From Pseudomonadota bacterium (GTDB taxonomy: Bacteria > Bdellovibrionota_F > JAHFAK01 > JBDREC01), in assembly GCA_043820105.1 (NCBI GenBank), contig JBDREC010000001.1:1-64000 (forward strand): a DNA stretch of 64,000 nt. Direction: 5' to 3'. Both the position numbers and the translations under genes were made by a program. Below the pieces are notes generated by a model. It saw nothing but the letters and a program-made list of their open reading frames with translations. It searched no databases and was not told the origin of the DNA. Of this stretch, positions 10,675-19,700 are shown one piece after another (within the stretch, counting starts at the first letter, position 1; every line of letters begins with the position of its first letter).

Positions 10675-11445
10675 CTATTTTTTTAAAGCTGCTTTTGTGA
10701 ATTTATAATCTGGGATTTTTTGATTAAATTTAATTGATTCTACGATCCATACAGTTCCCTTGCCTTTTCCTAATTCATCTTTAAATACTATTTTTTGGGG
10801 ATAAAAACGATCATCTACTTTCATCACCTCTTCAATTTTGATTGTTTTTAAAAGTTTTCCGCTTTTTGCATAAAGCTCTTCTTTAATTGGAAGCCATTTT
10901 TCTTTGTTAACCCATAGCAAGCGAGAATGGTAAGAAACATTATCTTTTTTCGCGGTAAGTTTCAGTTTCAATATGGTGCCAACCAAGGTTTTATTCAAGT
11001 CGGGCACCTCCATTTTTTCTTCTCCAATAATTTTAGCATCATATTGGTCTATTAATTTTTCATTTTGCATGAAATCTTCATAGGAAAGATCAGATCCCAT
11101 TATAGATTGCCTTAACAAATGCCCTGAAATGGTTATTATCCTGTCACTTGGAAAGGGAGTGTAGTTCCAAAGCTTATCACCAACTCTTAACATCTTTTTA
11201 CCTTTTTCTCTTTTTGGTGAAAGATATTCAGTGAAAACTTTGTTTTTTCCTTTAACCCATGATCTCGATTTTATTTCACGAGTTCCAGAACGGCTGTGAA
11301 TTATCATGGTTGAAGTACTAATAGCCTCAATGACAACTTTATTATCATCTATTTTATTTAAAATCTGGGCGCCAGTTAGATCCGCTTCTTCTGCGATTAA
11401 CAAGATCGGCGAAAAAAAAAGAGCAAATAAAATTATTTTTTTCAT
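10675..11445 (-). CDS. Outer membrane lipoprotein-sorting (LolA-like) protein
   Basis: Signal peptide; MGSDLSYED and ELYAKSGKLLKT motifs; last gene of the ABC cluster. Confidence 0.85.
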   Translation of the reverse strand: MKKIILFALFFSPILLIAEEADLTGAQILNKIDDNKVVIEAISTSTMIIHSRSGTREIKSRSWVKGKNKVFTEYLSPKREKGKKMLRVGDKLWNYTPFPSDRIITISGHLLRQSIMGSDLSYEDFMQNEKLIDQYDAKIIGEEKMEVPDLNKTLVGTILKLKLTAKKDNVSYHSRLLWVNKEKWLPIKEELYAKSGKLLKTIKIEEVMKVDDRFYPQKIVFKDELGKGKGTVWIVESIKFNQKIPDYKFTKAALKK

Positions 11446-12713
11446 CCTTCAAGCTCCTTAAATAAAGTTGAGGTTTGTCTTTTAAAAATAGCGATTCCAG
11501 ATAGCATGGCGCCAAACAGGACTGCCAATAATCCTGGAATAAAGCCAATAAAAAAACTTGTTGTTGTTATTTGGGCACGAATCACATTTGACATCAATAA
11601 ACTTGAGCCTTTAACCATGTCAGAAATGTCAAAACCAACTTCTTGCAAATAATATGAAAATCCCAGGCCAATGGAAGTGCCAATTATCGAACCAACAATA
11701 CCAATGAGTAAAGATTCGTAAATAAGTGTTTTATAAACACCTGTTTTTGATTCACCAATAGCAAGACGCACTCCCATTTCTCCGTATCTTCTTATTCCAG
11801 ACATAAGGCCAGTGTTCCATAGCACTATTGACATTGAAATAAGAAAAATCAAAACAACAAGATAAGAAGAATATCCATAAAACTCCAACATAGTACCTAA
11901 ATCATTTTGATCTTTAAGTGCAAGCATAACTGGCGAAAAATCTTCTTCCTCTGAATATTTATTGTTAAAACTTGCAACTAATTTTTCAGCTTTTTTATCA
12001 TCATATAACATATTTTTAAAAAAGCCTAAAATTTCACCTGCTCCGTCATCCATATATAAAGCGCTTTGCACATCACTAATATCTGCGATCAAAGCTCCTC
12101 TATCCATTACTTCCACGCCAAAATTAATGGTTCCTGTTATTTTAAAATTATAAATAGCCATGCTGCCATTTGCTGTTGAGCTAATCAAAGTGGCAACATC
12201 CCCAATGTTTGCTTTCATTTTTTCTCTAAATTTTTCAGTGATTAAAATTTCACCTCGGTTTTTGGGCAACTTTCCTTTTACTAATGCTTTTGAAATATTT
12301 AAGCGTTTCAACTCATTACTTGAAGGATTAAATAGATCCATTGCTACACCAACGACTGGCCCTTGATCCCGAGTTTCACCCTTTTCATCAGGGAAATCGA
12401 GAAGGCCGCCAAATTTGATTCTTGGAGAAAAATCAATATCTGGATGTTCTTTTTTAAGATCTTCGAGCAAACTTGATACATTTACTAATCCAAAATCATT
12501 AGGCATTTGATTTGATATCTTCTTGTACGCGTTTGTCATTATCTTCACATGTCCTGTTTCAAAAACTGCATTTGTTGAAATCAGATCAGACATAAAACCA
12601 TTTAGATAGCTATACATAAGGGTTGAAACCATTACTCCCATAAAAATTATTATAATTGGGAAAAAAGATCTGTTTCGGTCTCGAATTAAACCCTTTAACA
12701 AAAAGCTAAGCAT
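11442..12713 (-). CDS. ABC transporter permease, FtsX/LolE-like
   Basis: N-terminal TM, large periplasmic loop, RRYGEMGVRLAIG, C-terminal TMs. Confidence 0.9.
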   Translation of the reverse strand: MLSFLLKGLIRDRNRSFFPIIIIFMGVMVSTLMYSYLNGFMSDLISTNAVFETGHVKIMTNAYKKISNQMPNDFGLVNVSSLLEDLKKEHPDIDFSPRIKFGGLLDFPDEKGETRDQGPVVGVAMDLFNPSSNELKRLNISKALVKGKLPKNRGEILITEKFREKMKANIGDVATLISSTANGSMAIYNFKITGTINFGVEVMDRGALIADISDVQSALYMDDGAGEILGFFKNMLYDDKKAEKLVASFNNKYSEEEDFSPVMLALKDQNDLGTMLEFYGYSSYLVVLIFLISMSIVLWNTGLMSGIRRYGEMGVRLAIGESKTGVYKTLIYESLLIGIVGSIIGTSIGLGFSYYLQEVGFDISDMVKGSSLLMSNVIRAQITTTSFFIGFIPGLLAVLFGAMLSGIAIFKRQTSTLFKELEG

Positions 12714-13903
12714 TAGTAATTCCCCCTTAAAGCGTTCGTTGGTTCCATCTTTGATATTTTCCTGGTTGGCAGGTAACTGACTATTATTACTGTCATTGAA
12801 AGAATTGAAGTTGTAGTTAATATTAATGCCAATGAGTAAGTTGGGTAAAGTGCTGAACCTAATGCAATTCCAAAGTTGTCTGTTCCTTCTGGCATTGGAA
12901 TGCCTTTGACTGAAGTTAAAATGAGCAATGGGATTCCATAAATGGCGCCAAAAACCCAGGCAAAGATTCCAAACATAACTCCTTCTAAAGTAAAAAGCTT
13001 AATGACGCCAAATCTTGTCATTCCAAGAGCCATTAGCGTTCCAATTTCTTTTCGTCTTCTGAAAATTGACAAAACTTGTGTGTCAAAAATCGCAAGCAGT
13101 GCCATTATAAGAAACAAGGAATACATAATAGTTCCACCAATCTGTTTTTGTTTAACCATTTTGGTGATCTCTTTTAATAAAAAAGCCTGGCTTTTATATA
13201 TAAAATTTCCATGATCCATAAAACTTGTAACATAATCTTTTTTTAAGATCGCAATAGTTGCCTCCCCTTCCATGTTTAAAATCTTTTGCAAAGAAAAAAG
13301 AGGTAACCAAATCTGGCCATTGTCCATAGATGGAACAATGGTTTTCATAATGTGAATGATTTCAATATCAATAGCATCAAAAACATCATTTTTATCGCGA
13401 AAGCGGGCTGTTACAATATCGCCAACTTTTAAATTTGTTGTTTTGGACATTCTTGTGCCAATAATACCAGGTATCATAAGCAATTCATCTTTCTTGTAAT
13501 TATCTTTCAACTCTTTTATGGGAAAATTAATTATATCCTGTTCTAAGTCTATTCCTTTAAGTATTGCAGCTTGGATGCGACCATCTGGAAAAATTGAGGC
13601 AGGTGCAATTAGAATTGGGGTCGCGTTTTTTTGCTTAATTAGATCTGTTAATTCAGGCGACAATTTTGTATGGCTATCTTTAATTGAAAAAGGATCAAAG
13701 GGATCATATTTAACCGACCAATATTGACCAGCTCCAACTTCTGTATCTATCATTGCTGTTTTAATTTGTGTGCTCATCCCCTCATACATCCCCTGTCCCC
13801 AAATGATTACAACGAATGAAAATGAAAGCGCTAAAACATTTAAAAAACTTCTAAGACGTGCTCCATAAATATTTTTAAATGCTAATTTTAAACTTAAAGT
13901 CAT
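12713..13903 (-). CDS. ABC transporter permease, FtsX/LolC-like
   Basis: RRRKEIGTLMALG motif; C-terminal PTRKISKMEPTNALR. Confidence 0.9.
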   Translation of the reverse strand: MTLSLKLAFKNIYGARLRSFLNVLALSFSFVVIIWGQGMYEGMSTQIKTAMIDTEVGAGQYWSVKYDPFDPFSIKDSHTKLSPELTDLIKQKNATPILIAPASIFPDGRIQAAILKGIDLEQDIINFPIKELKDNYKKDELLMIPGIIGTRMSKTTNLKVGDIVTARFRDKNDVFDAIDIEIIHIMKTIVPSMDNGQIWLPLFSLQKILNMEGEATIAILKKDYVTSFMDHGNFIYKSQAFLLKEITKMVKQKQIGGTIMYSLFLIMALLAIFDTQVLSIFRRRKEIGTLMALGMTRFGVIKLFTLEGVMFGIFAWVFGAIYGIPLLILTSVKGIPMPEGTDNFGIALGSALYPTYSLALILTTTSILSMTVIIVSYLPTRKISKMEPTNALRGNY

Positions 13904-13910
13904 TTTAACC

Positions 13911-14597
13911 TCATTTATCCTCTAAAATTATTCCATCATTCAAAATAATTTTTCTGTTTAAATATTGGATAACTTTATTGTCATGTGTTGCAAATATGAA
14001 AGTTGTTTTAAGTTGCTCATTCAATTTAAGCATCATTTCTAAAATGTTGTGAGAATTTTGAGCATCCAAATTGGCTGTAGGTTCATCAGCTAATACAATT
14101 TTAGGGACTTTAACCATTGCACGCGCTACAGCTACACGCTGACATTCGCCACCTGAGAGCTGCGCTGGTCTTGAATTCACTTTGCTTGTAAGACCGACCC
14201 ATTCAAGAGCATTCATTATCTTTTCTTTTCTCTCCTTGTCAGGAGTTTTAAGCAAAAGCAGTGGAAGCTCAACATTTTCAAAAACAGAATAAAAAGGAAG
14301 AAGATTAAAAGTTTGGAAAATAAAACCAAGCGATTTATTTCGAAGGGAGGCTGATTCTCTATGTTTCATGTTTTCAATATATTTGCCAAGCACTTCAACA
14401 GATCCCGAAGAAGGAATATCGAGTGCTCCAACAATATTTAACAAAGTCGTTTTACCTGAACCGCTTGGACCAACAAGTCCTAAAAATTCACCTTCATTGA
14501 TTGAAACATTTATATTCTTTAACGCTGTAAAACTGCCTCCTCCAATAGGAAATGATTTGGTAAGTTCTTTTGTCACAATAATTTGACTTGATTCCAT
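13911..14597 (-). CDS. ABC transporter ATP-binding protein (LolD/MacB-like)
   Basis: Walker A GPSGSGKT, signature LSGGECQR, Walker B VLADEPT, H-loop ATHD. Confidence 0.95.
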   Translation of the reverse strand: MESSQIIVTKELTKSFPIGGGSFTALKNINVSINEGEFLGLVGPSGSGKTTLLNIVGALDIPSSGSVEVLGKYIENMKHRESASLRNKSLGFIFQTFNLLPFYSVFENVELPLLLLKTPDKERKEKIMNALEWVGLTSKVNSRPAQLSGGECQRVAVARAMVKVPKIVLADEPTANLDAQNSHNILEMMLKLNEQLKTTFIFATHDNKVIQYLNRKIILNDGIILEDK

Positions 14598-14607
14598 GAT
14601 TTCTCCA

Positions 14608-15738
14608 TTAGTGGTTAAAAATAATCATTAGTTGTAATCCTAATCCTGAATATGCTGTATTGCTCGTTAAAAGTGAACTTGAATCAGATGAAGGCAAGTA
14701 AAACAAACTTAAATCAAAAATCCAGTTGTCATAGGTTCTGCTCCATCCTAAATATTGATAATACTGTCTTTGCTCATGTAGATAATATCCTTGTGTTCTT
14801 ATTGAATCTATAATTCCGATTGGATAACTTATTGAATAAGCAGAGATGTTGTTTTTTAAATCAAATCCAAATATATCCAGTGATGAATATGAAAACATAT
14901 GTTCTAATAAAAAATAAATTCCTTGCCCAACATTAAAAGTGTAATCACCACCTAGTGTAAGCATTTTGGTAAAGTTATAAGGAAAAAGTGTTGTTTCTTT
15001 TGTGCTATTTAAAACTAATTCAAACCATGCCCCAATTGTAAAATCAAAACGTCCATCTAAAGCGAAGCGATTTTCCCAATAATCGCTTTCGGTTTGTAAT
15101 GATTCATCTTCAATTAGAATGTTAGAGTCGACTTTTCTCGCGTGATAAGTTGCTGCTATCTCACTATTAAAAACTGGATATTGAAAACGTCCGCCAAATT
15201 CAGGATACCTTGACTTTGTTGGAAGAGCTTCGTAACCTTTTATATCAGTATTGCCGTAAAATCCCCAAACCCAGATATTTGCATTATTAAGAAAATAATA
15301 TTTGTTAACAAATGACCACACACCATTTGTCAAAGCAAGTGGATCATTAGTATCAACAGAATCAAACCAGCGTAAAGATCTAAGTATTTGAGCAGGACCA
15401 AAATTGATCTGCTGAAGCCCAATTTTGGATTCAAATTGAGTCGTTAAAAAGCTTAATTGCAATCGGTAAAGATCTAGATCATAATTTTCATTGATAATAT
15501 AAGCATTTACTGAAGTATCAAAAGCAAGTTTATAATCTCTCCATACATTTTGTGAAAAGTTTATTCGAGGGATATAGCGAATTCCCCCATTAAAAGAATA
15601 CTCATCATTTTCATAACTGCCGATTCCCCAACCAGAAGCCTGCCCAGATAGAAAATCATAATTAGCGCACAAATTTGTGCCCAAGCTTAGAAGAAATATA
15701 AATAAAACAAATATTTTTTTATATTTCAATAGTTGCAC
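14608..15738 (-). CDS. Probable outer-membrane beta-barrel protein of the ABC/LolA-like cluster
   Basis: Signal peptide, aromatic-rich alternating strands, IGLQQINFG; first gene of the operon. Confidence 0.65.
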   Translation of the reverse strand: MQLLKYKKIFVLFIFLLSLGTNLCANYDFLSGQASGWGIGSYENDEYSFNGGIRYIPRINFSQNVWRDYKLAFDTSVNAYIINENYDLDLYRLQLSFLTTQFESKIGLQQINFGPAQILRSLRWFDSVDTNDPLALTNGVWSFVNKYYFLNNANIWVWGFYGNTDIKGYEALPTKSRYPEFGGRFQYPVFNSEIAATYHARKVDSNILIEDESLQTESDYWENRFALDGRFDFTIGAWFELVLNSTKETTLFPYNFTKMLTLGGDYTFNVGQGIYFLLEHMFSYSSLDIFGFDLKNNISAYSISYPIGIIDSIRTQGYYLHEQRQYYQYLGWSRTYDNWIFDLSLFYLPSSDSSSLLTSNTAYSGLGLQLMIIFNH

Positions 15739-15802
15739 CTAAAATTTAAGAAACTTCTTTAATTTATAGCCCTACAAGATACATTTGTAAAACAAATAAA
15801 AT

Positions 15803-15901
15803 AACAATCTCAAAATATTGTTATTATAAACCTCTAATACTAATACGAGTTGCTTTATTTTAATGTCCTTTGTAGTGGAGGGGCTTGTCCCCTCCTTATT
15901 T
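15803..15901. repeat. Left arm of a ~100-bp inverted repeat containing a GTAG-type REP
   Basis: 15858-15901 is the exact reverse complement of 16332-16375 (44 bp); REP core GTAGTGGAGGGGCTTGTCCCCTCC at 15872-15895. Confidence 0.9.
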
Positions 15902-15976
15902 GTAAAAAGTAGGTCAAAAAGTAGGTCAGGCCTTGTCGCCGAAATGACAAACAGTCGGAAGTTCAGAAAAATCAAA

Positions 15977-16050
15977 TGCGCCCAGGAGGATTCGAACCTC
16001 CAACCTTTAGATTCGTAGTCTACTGCACTATCCAGTTATGCTATGGGCGC
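15977..16050 (-). tRNA. tRNA-Arg(ACG)
   Basis: Minus strand GCGCCCATAGCATAACTGGATAGTGCAGTAGACTACGAATCTAAAGGTTGGAGGTTCGAATCCTCCTGGGCGCA; cloverleaf, anticodon ACG, T-loop GTTCGAATC; CCA not encoded. Confidence 0.97.
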
Positions 16051-16331
16051 ATTGTTGTTTGTAAGTTTCTTATATTAAAAGCATTATTTATAAGTCAAGT
16101 GATTTTTGTTTTAAGCATGTTTGTTAAAACGTTATTTCTTGTTAATGCGCTATTGATGCCAAAAAAATGGAATTTTTAATTATCCCATTTTATTAAGACA
16201 TTAGGTCAACATTGTTTGCATTTTATATTTTAAAACAACAATTTTTTAACCTTTTTGTAAAGATATTTTTTTTCTAAGCACGGGGACAGACAGGGGTTTA
16301 AAGAATGTATATCAATAAAACGATTTTCTTT

Positions 16332-16424
16332 AAATAAGGAGGGGACAAGCCCCTCCACTACAAAGGACATTAAAACAAACCAACTCGTATGAGAGGTTTA
16401 TAAAAATAATGTTTTGAGATTGTT
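16332..16424. repeat. Right arm of the inverted repeat (REP on minus strand)
   Basis: GGAGGGGACAAGCCCCTCCACTAC at 16338-16361; similarity to the left arm continues to ~16424. Confidence 0.9.
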
Positions 16425-16476
16425 GATAAATTGCGAAATCCTTTTTCAAATGATTCTGCAATTTATCAACAATCTC
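16416..16476. repeat. Perfect 19-bp-stem hairpin
   Basis: GAGATTGTTGATAAATTGC (16416-16434) pairs with GCAATTTATCAACAATCTC (16458-16476). Confidence 0.85.
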
Positions 16477-16483
16477 CACTTAT

Positions 16484-16514
16484 AAAAAAAGCCCTAGGTT
16501 TCCTAACCTAAGGC
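16484..16514 (-). terminator. Intrinsic terminator
   Basis: Minus strand GCCTTAGGTT-AGGA-AACCTAGGGC followed by T7. Confidence 0.85.
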
Positions 16515-16549
16515 AATTTGCTTTGGGGGGCGTATATTATGAAACTATT
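16484..16549 (-). ncRNA. Candidate sigma-54-dependent small RNA (~66 nt)
   Basis: Lies between the sigma-54 core (16561-16575) and the terminator, with no ORF on this strand; 5' end inferred from -12 spacing. Confidence 0.6.
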
Positions 16550-16560
16550 AAGATACTATT

Positions 16561-16647
16561 TCAACTTGTGTGCCAATTCAGCACAAAACTTTTTAATCTA
16601 TCATTACATTAACTTATGCTCGCCAAGGGTAAATTCTTTTTTTCAAA
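16561..16647 (-). promoter_or_regulatory. Sigma-54 promoter plus upstream box
   Basis: TGGCAC-ACAAG-TTGA (16575-16561); TTTGAAAAAAAGA (16647-16635); spacing 69 bp. Confidence 0.75.
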
Positions 16648-16704
16648 CATAACACATTATTCCAATAAATCATGAAATATGGGATACTACTGGGGTATTT
16701 TTAT

Positions 16705-19700
16705 TTAAAACAAAAGCTTTCCAAACTCAATCTTCCCATAATTTATTTTAGTAAAAATATCAAAAAACTGATCAAAGCTAATGACAATATCCTCATTGGG
16801 TCGCCATGGATTTACAACTATCACCATTTTTCTATGTCTATCAACTGATTTTATTGAATACCCATGAAAATAAACCCATTTTTTACCATGCCTATAGAAA
16901 AAGATATCTTCATTAGTATCATCTCCACCCTTGTGATTTTGCTTGCCCTTTGGAGCTGCTTCAGTTGAAGCCGTAGCTGCATATCTTCCATTGTGAAACC
17001 TTGACAAAAATTTCTCGGCTAACCTTTTATAATAAATCTTACTTGCTGAACTAAGGGGCTTTGTTCCTGAGCCAATTTTTCTGTATTTAAGATTTTTGCC
17101 AAAAAAGATCTCAAAAACCTGCCCAGTTGATACTGTTTCAAGTTTTGCTCTATCAATATTTCCAAATCTTTCAAGCATAATAACTGCCTCTAATACTTTC
17201 CACCCCTCACTTCCACTTGGCGGATATAAGGTTTCCCTAGTATCAATTTCTCCTGTTTTTGAATATAAAAGTGGCTTTCCAAAATTCTTATTTTGATGAG
17301 CTTGGATGTCTTGAGGTAAAACCCTTATAGTTCTTCCATGACTTAAACCAAATGGAATTTTAACATCAAAACTTCCATCGTGATTTTTTCTTATTGAATA
17401 CTGCATTAAAGCCATAAAGTTTGGATCTTTATCAAAGCTATTAAAAAGGGCAATAATATTACAGTTACCAACATTGGCTTGCCTTGGAGGGTTAAGAAAA
17501 AAGCCATTAACCTCTGCATGAGATGACATAACTCGATCATCCATTCCAGCTTCTGCTTTAAATCTTCTTCTTGCAAACCTTGCCCTAACAGACGCGATAG
17601 TATGGGTCATGCCTATTTCAGAACTTTCAATTAAGCTTTTTGGCCAAACTGTTTTATATGAACTTAGGCCTTTGACAAACTCTACAGGCTCGTCTTCATT
17701 TGCTTGGCGATATGTAACTTGCCCTCTTTTTTCTTCCTTTATTAAGCGCCTTGCTATCATCTTTCCATCTTCAGAAATATAAATGATTTCAAAACCTTCT
17801 TCCACTACATCCGAACTTGGCCTTCTTACATAAACATGATCAAAAAGAGCAAAGCCATCATACTCTTTTAAAGGAGAATCAGCAAGCACAGCTGGCATCC
17901 TAAGCGCTGTTTGATTTGCTCCAGTATCATCAATAAAAAACCCAATATCTTCTGTTGATAATAAGACTTCTGAACTTACCTCACTTTTATCCATAGGAAG
18001 TTTTTCAGGAAATATTCTGCGAATTGTTTTTAAAAAAGCTTTCCTTGCTTTTGAAATTTTAAAATCAATCCTTATCCTGGTTCTTCCAAAATGCAAAATA
18101 TTACCTGGTTTTATTTTTACTCTTTGTCCATATTCAATATTTTCAACATGCCCATCTTCATAAATAATATATAAGTCATGTCTTGCATTTAGATTCTCTA
18201 CAAAAACTTGATCCAATTGTCGTGAAAACCTAAGATGTTCAGAAGAAATTTGACTATCTGAAAAATCTAGATTCCCAATTAGCTCTCCCCTTCCAATAAC
18301 AAGAGGTTTTTTTTCTTTTAATCTTCTTGAAAGATCAAAATTCTGAACCCAAGGACTTAACTCAGAAAGTTTTGCTGTTCTGAAAGCAGGAATAGCTCCA
18401 GGTCTTTGATCCTTTTCTGCAGACTTATAATATAATGTAGCGCTATCACCTTCAATATATGATATTATGAAAACTTGTGGCTGATTATTGACTCTAACAT
18501 AATCACCAATTGATAATCTTTCTATTCTAAAAGGCACTCTAAATTCCAGGTCTCCAATTTTAATCACATCATAAGCATCAACTAAAACCCACCCATCTGA
18601 TTCTCTAATCTTTTCACCATTTATAAACGTTCCATTTTTTGATCCTCTATCCATAATTTCATATTGATTTTCATAAAAACGTATTGCGGCATGTTTTCTG
18701 CTTATCAAAATAGAAGCAAGCTCAAAAGACTCAAATACAGCCCCTTGAGACAGATAACAAATTTCACCTTCATCAAACTTATTTAAATCCCTTAAAACTG
18801 GAACATATTTTTTTACTTGAGAGGCATCAATAACTCTCATTGAAAAACCATCTTCTCCCTCAGAAAAAATACCATTATCAAAACGGGAAACAACTAAATC
18901 ATTATCACCAATTCTTTCCATAACTTCCCAAACCCCTGTTTCTCCTTGAACCTTAACCTGATCTGCAACATTAAAGTTATGATCTGCTCTTGTAATCGGA
19001 TCAGCCTCTGAGGGGGCAGGGGCAGCTGCTTCTCTTTGAGCAAAAGCTTGCACTTCCTCTGGGTGTGTTAAAGCTGCCTGCATTGCCAAAGTTTCTTCAT
19101 AAACCTTTTCAAGTTCAGCCCTTGCTTCTGCATCAAGTAATGGAAAAATTCTAGCAAGAACTTTTGCTTGTTTATTGACTAATTCTAAGGCTATTTTTAC
19201 TCGAAGCTCTTCACTTTTTTCAAGCTCTAATCTTTGCCTTAGTTCTCTTGTCTGACTATCTAGAAGCTCAAGCTCTGCTTTTGCTTGTTTCTGACGAATC
19301 GCAAGTACAAAACGTGTACTTAAGGGCTTCACAAGCCTACCTGCTATTCTATAGCTAAGCACTGTAGAAAAAGTACCTTTAACAGAATCTACAGCAACAT
19401 TAAGATTTATGATATCTTTTATAGATTCAACTTTCTTAACTTCTCCATTAACAATTACATAAACATCATCAGCACCCATGGCGTAGCGAGCGGCTTCAAC
19501 CGTCAATCCACCCATACCCATACCTGTCATTTCAGCTAAAAAAGAAATACCATGTCCAAATGTTGAATCTGTAATATAACCTTTTTGCATCGCAATTTGT
19601 GCTGAATGAGTTAAACTTTTTAAAACACCCAAACTAACGACTGTGTGAGAATATTCGCTTACAAGTTCTTTGCCTGATTCAAATGAAACTGTATCTGCAG

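Noticed and set aside
15920-15966. GGTCAGG...CGGAAG resembling SRP RNA
   Set aside because: Lacks the conserved CAGG-GNRA-AGCA domain IV geometry and long closing stem
15772-16179. ORFs 15772-15975 and 15976-16179
   Set aside because: They overlap the REP arm and the tRNA-Arg; no protein features
16539-16652. Plus-strand 37-aa ORF MKLLRYYFNLCANS... preceded by GGGGGG
   Set aside because: Runs antisense across the sigma-54 promoter and box; better explained as the complement of the candidate sRNA, though a type I toxin-antitoxin-like arrangement is not fully excluded
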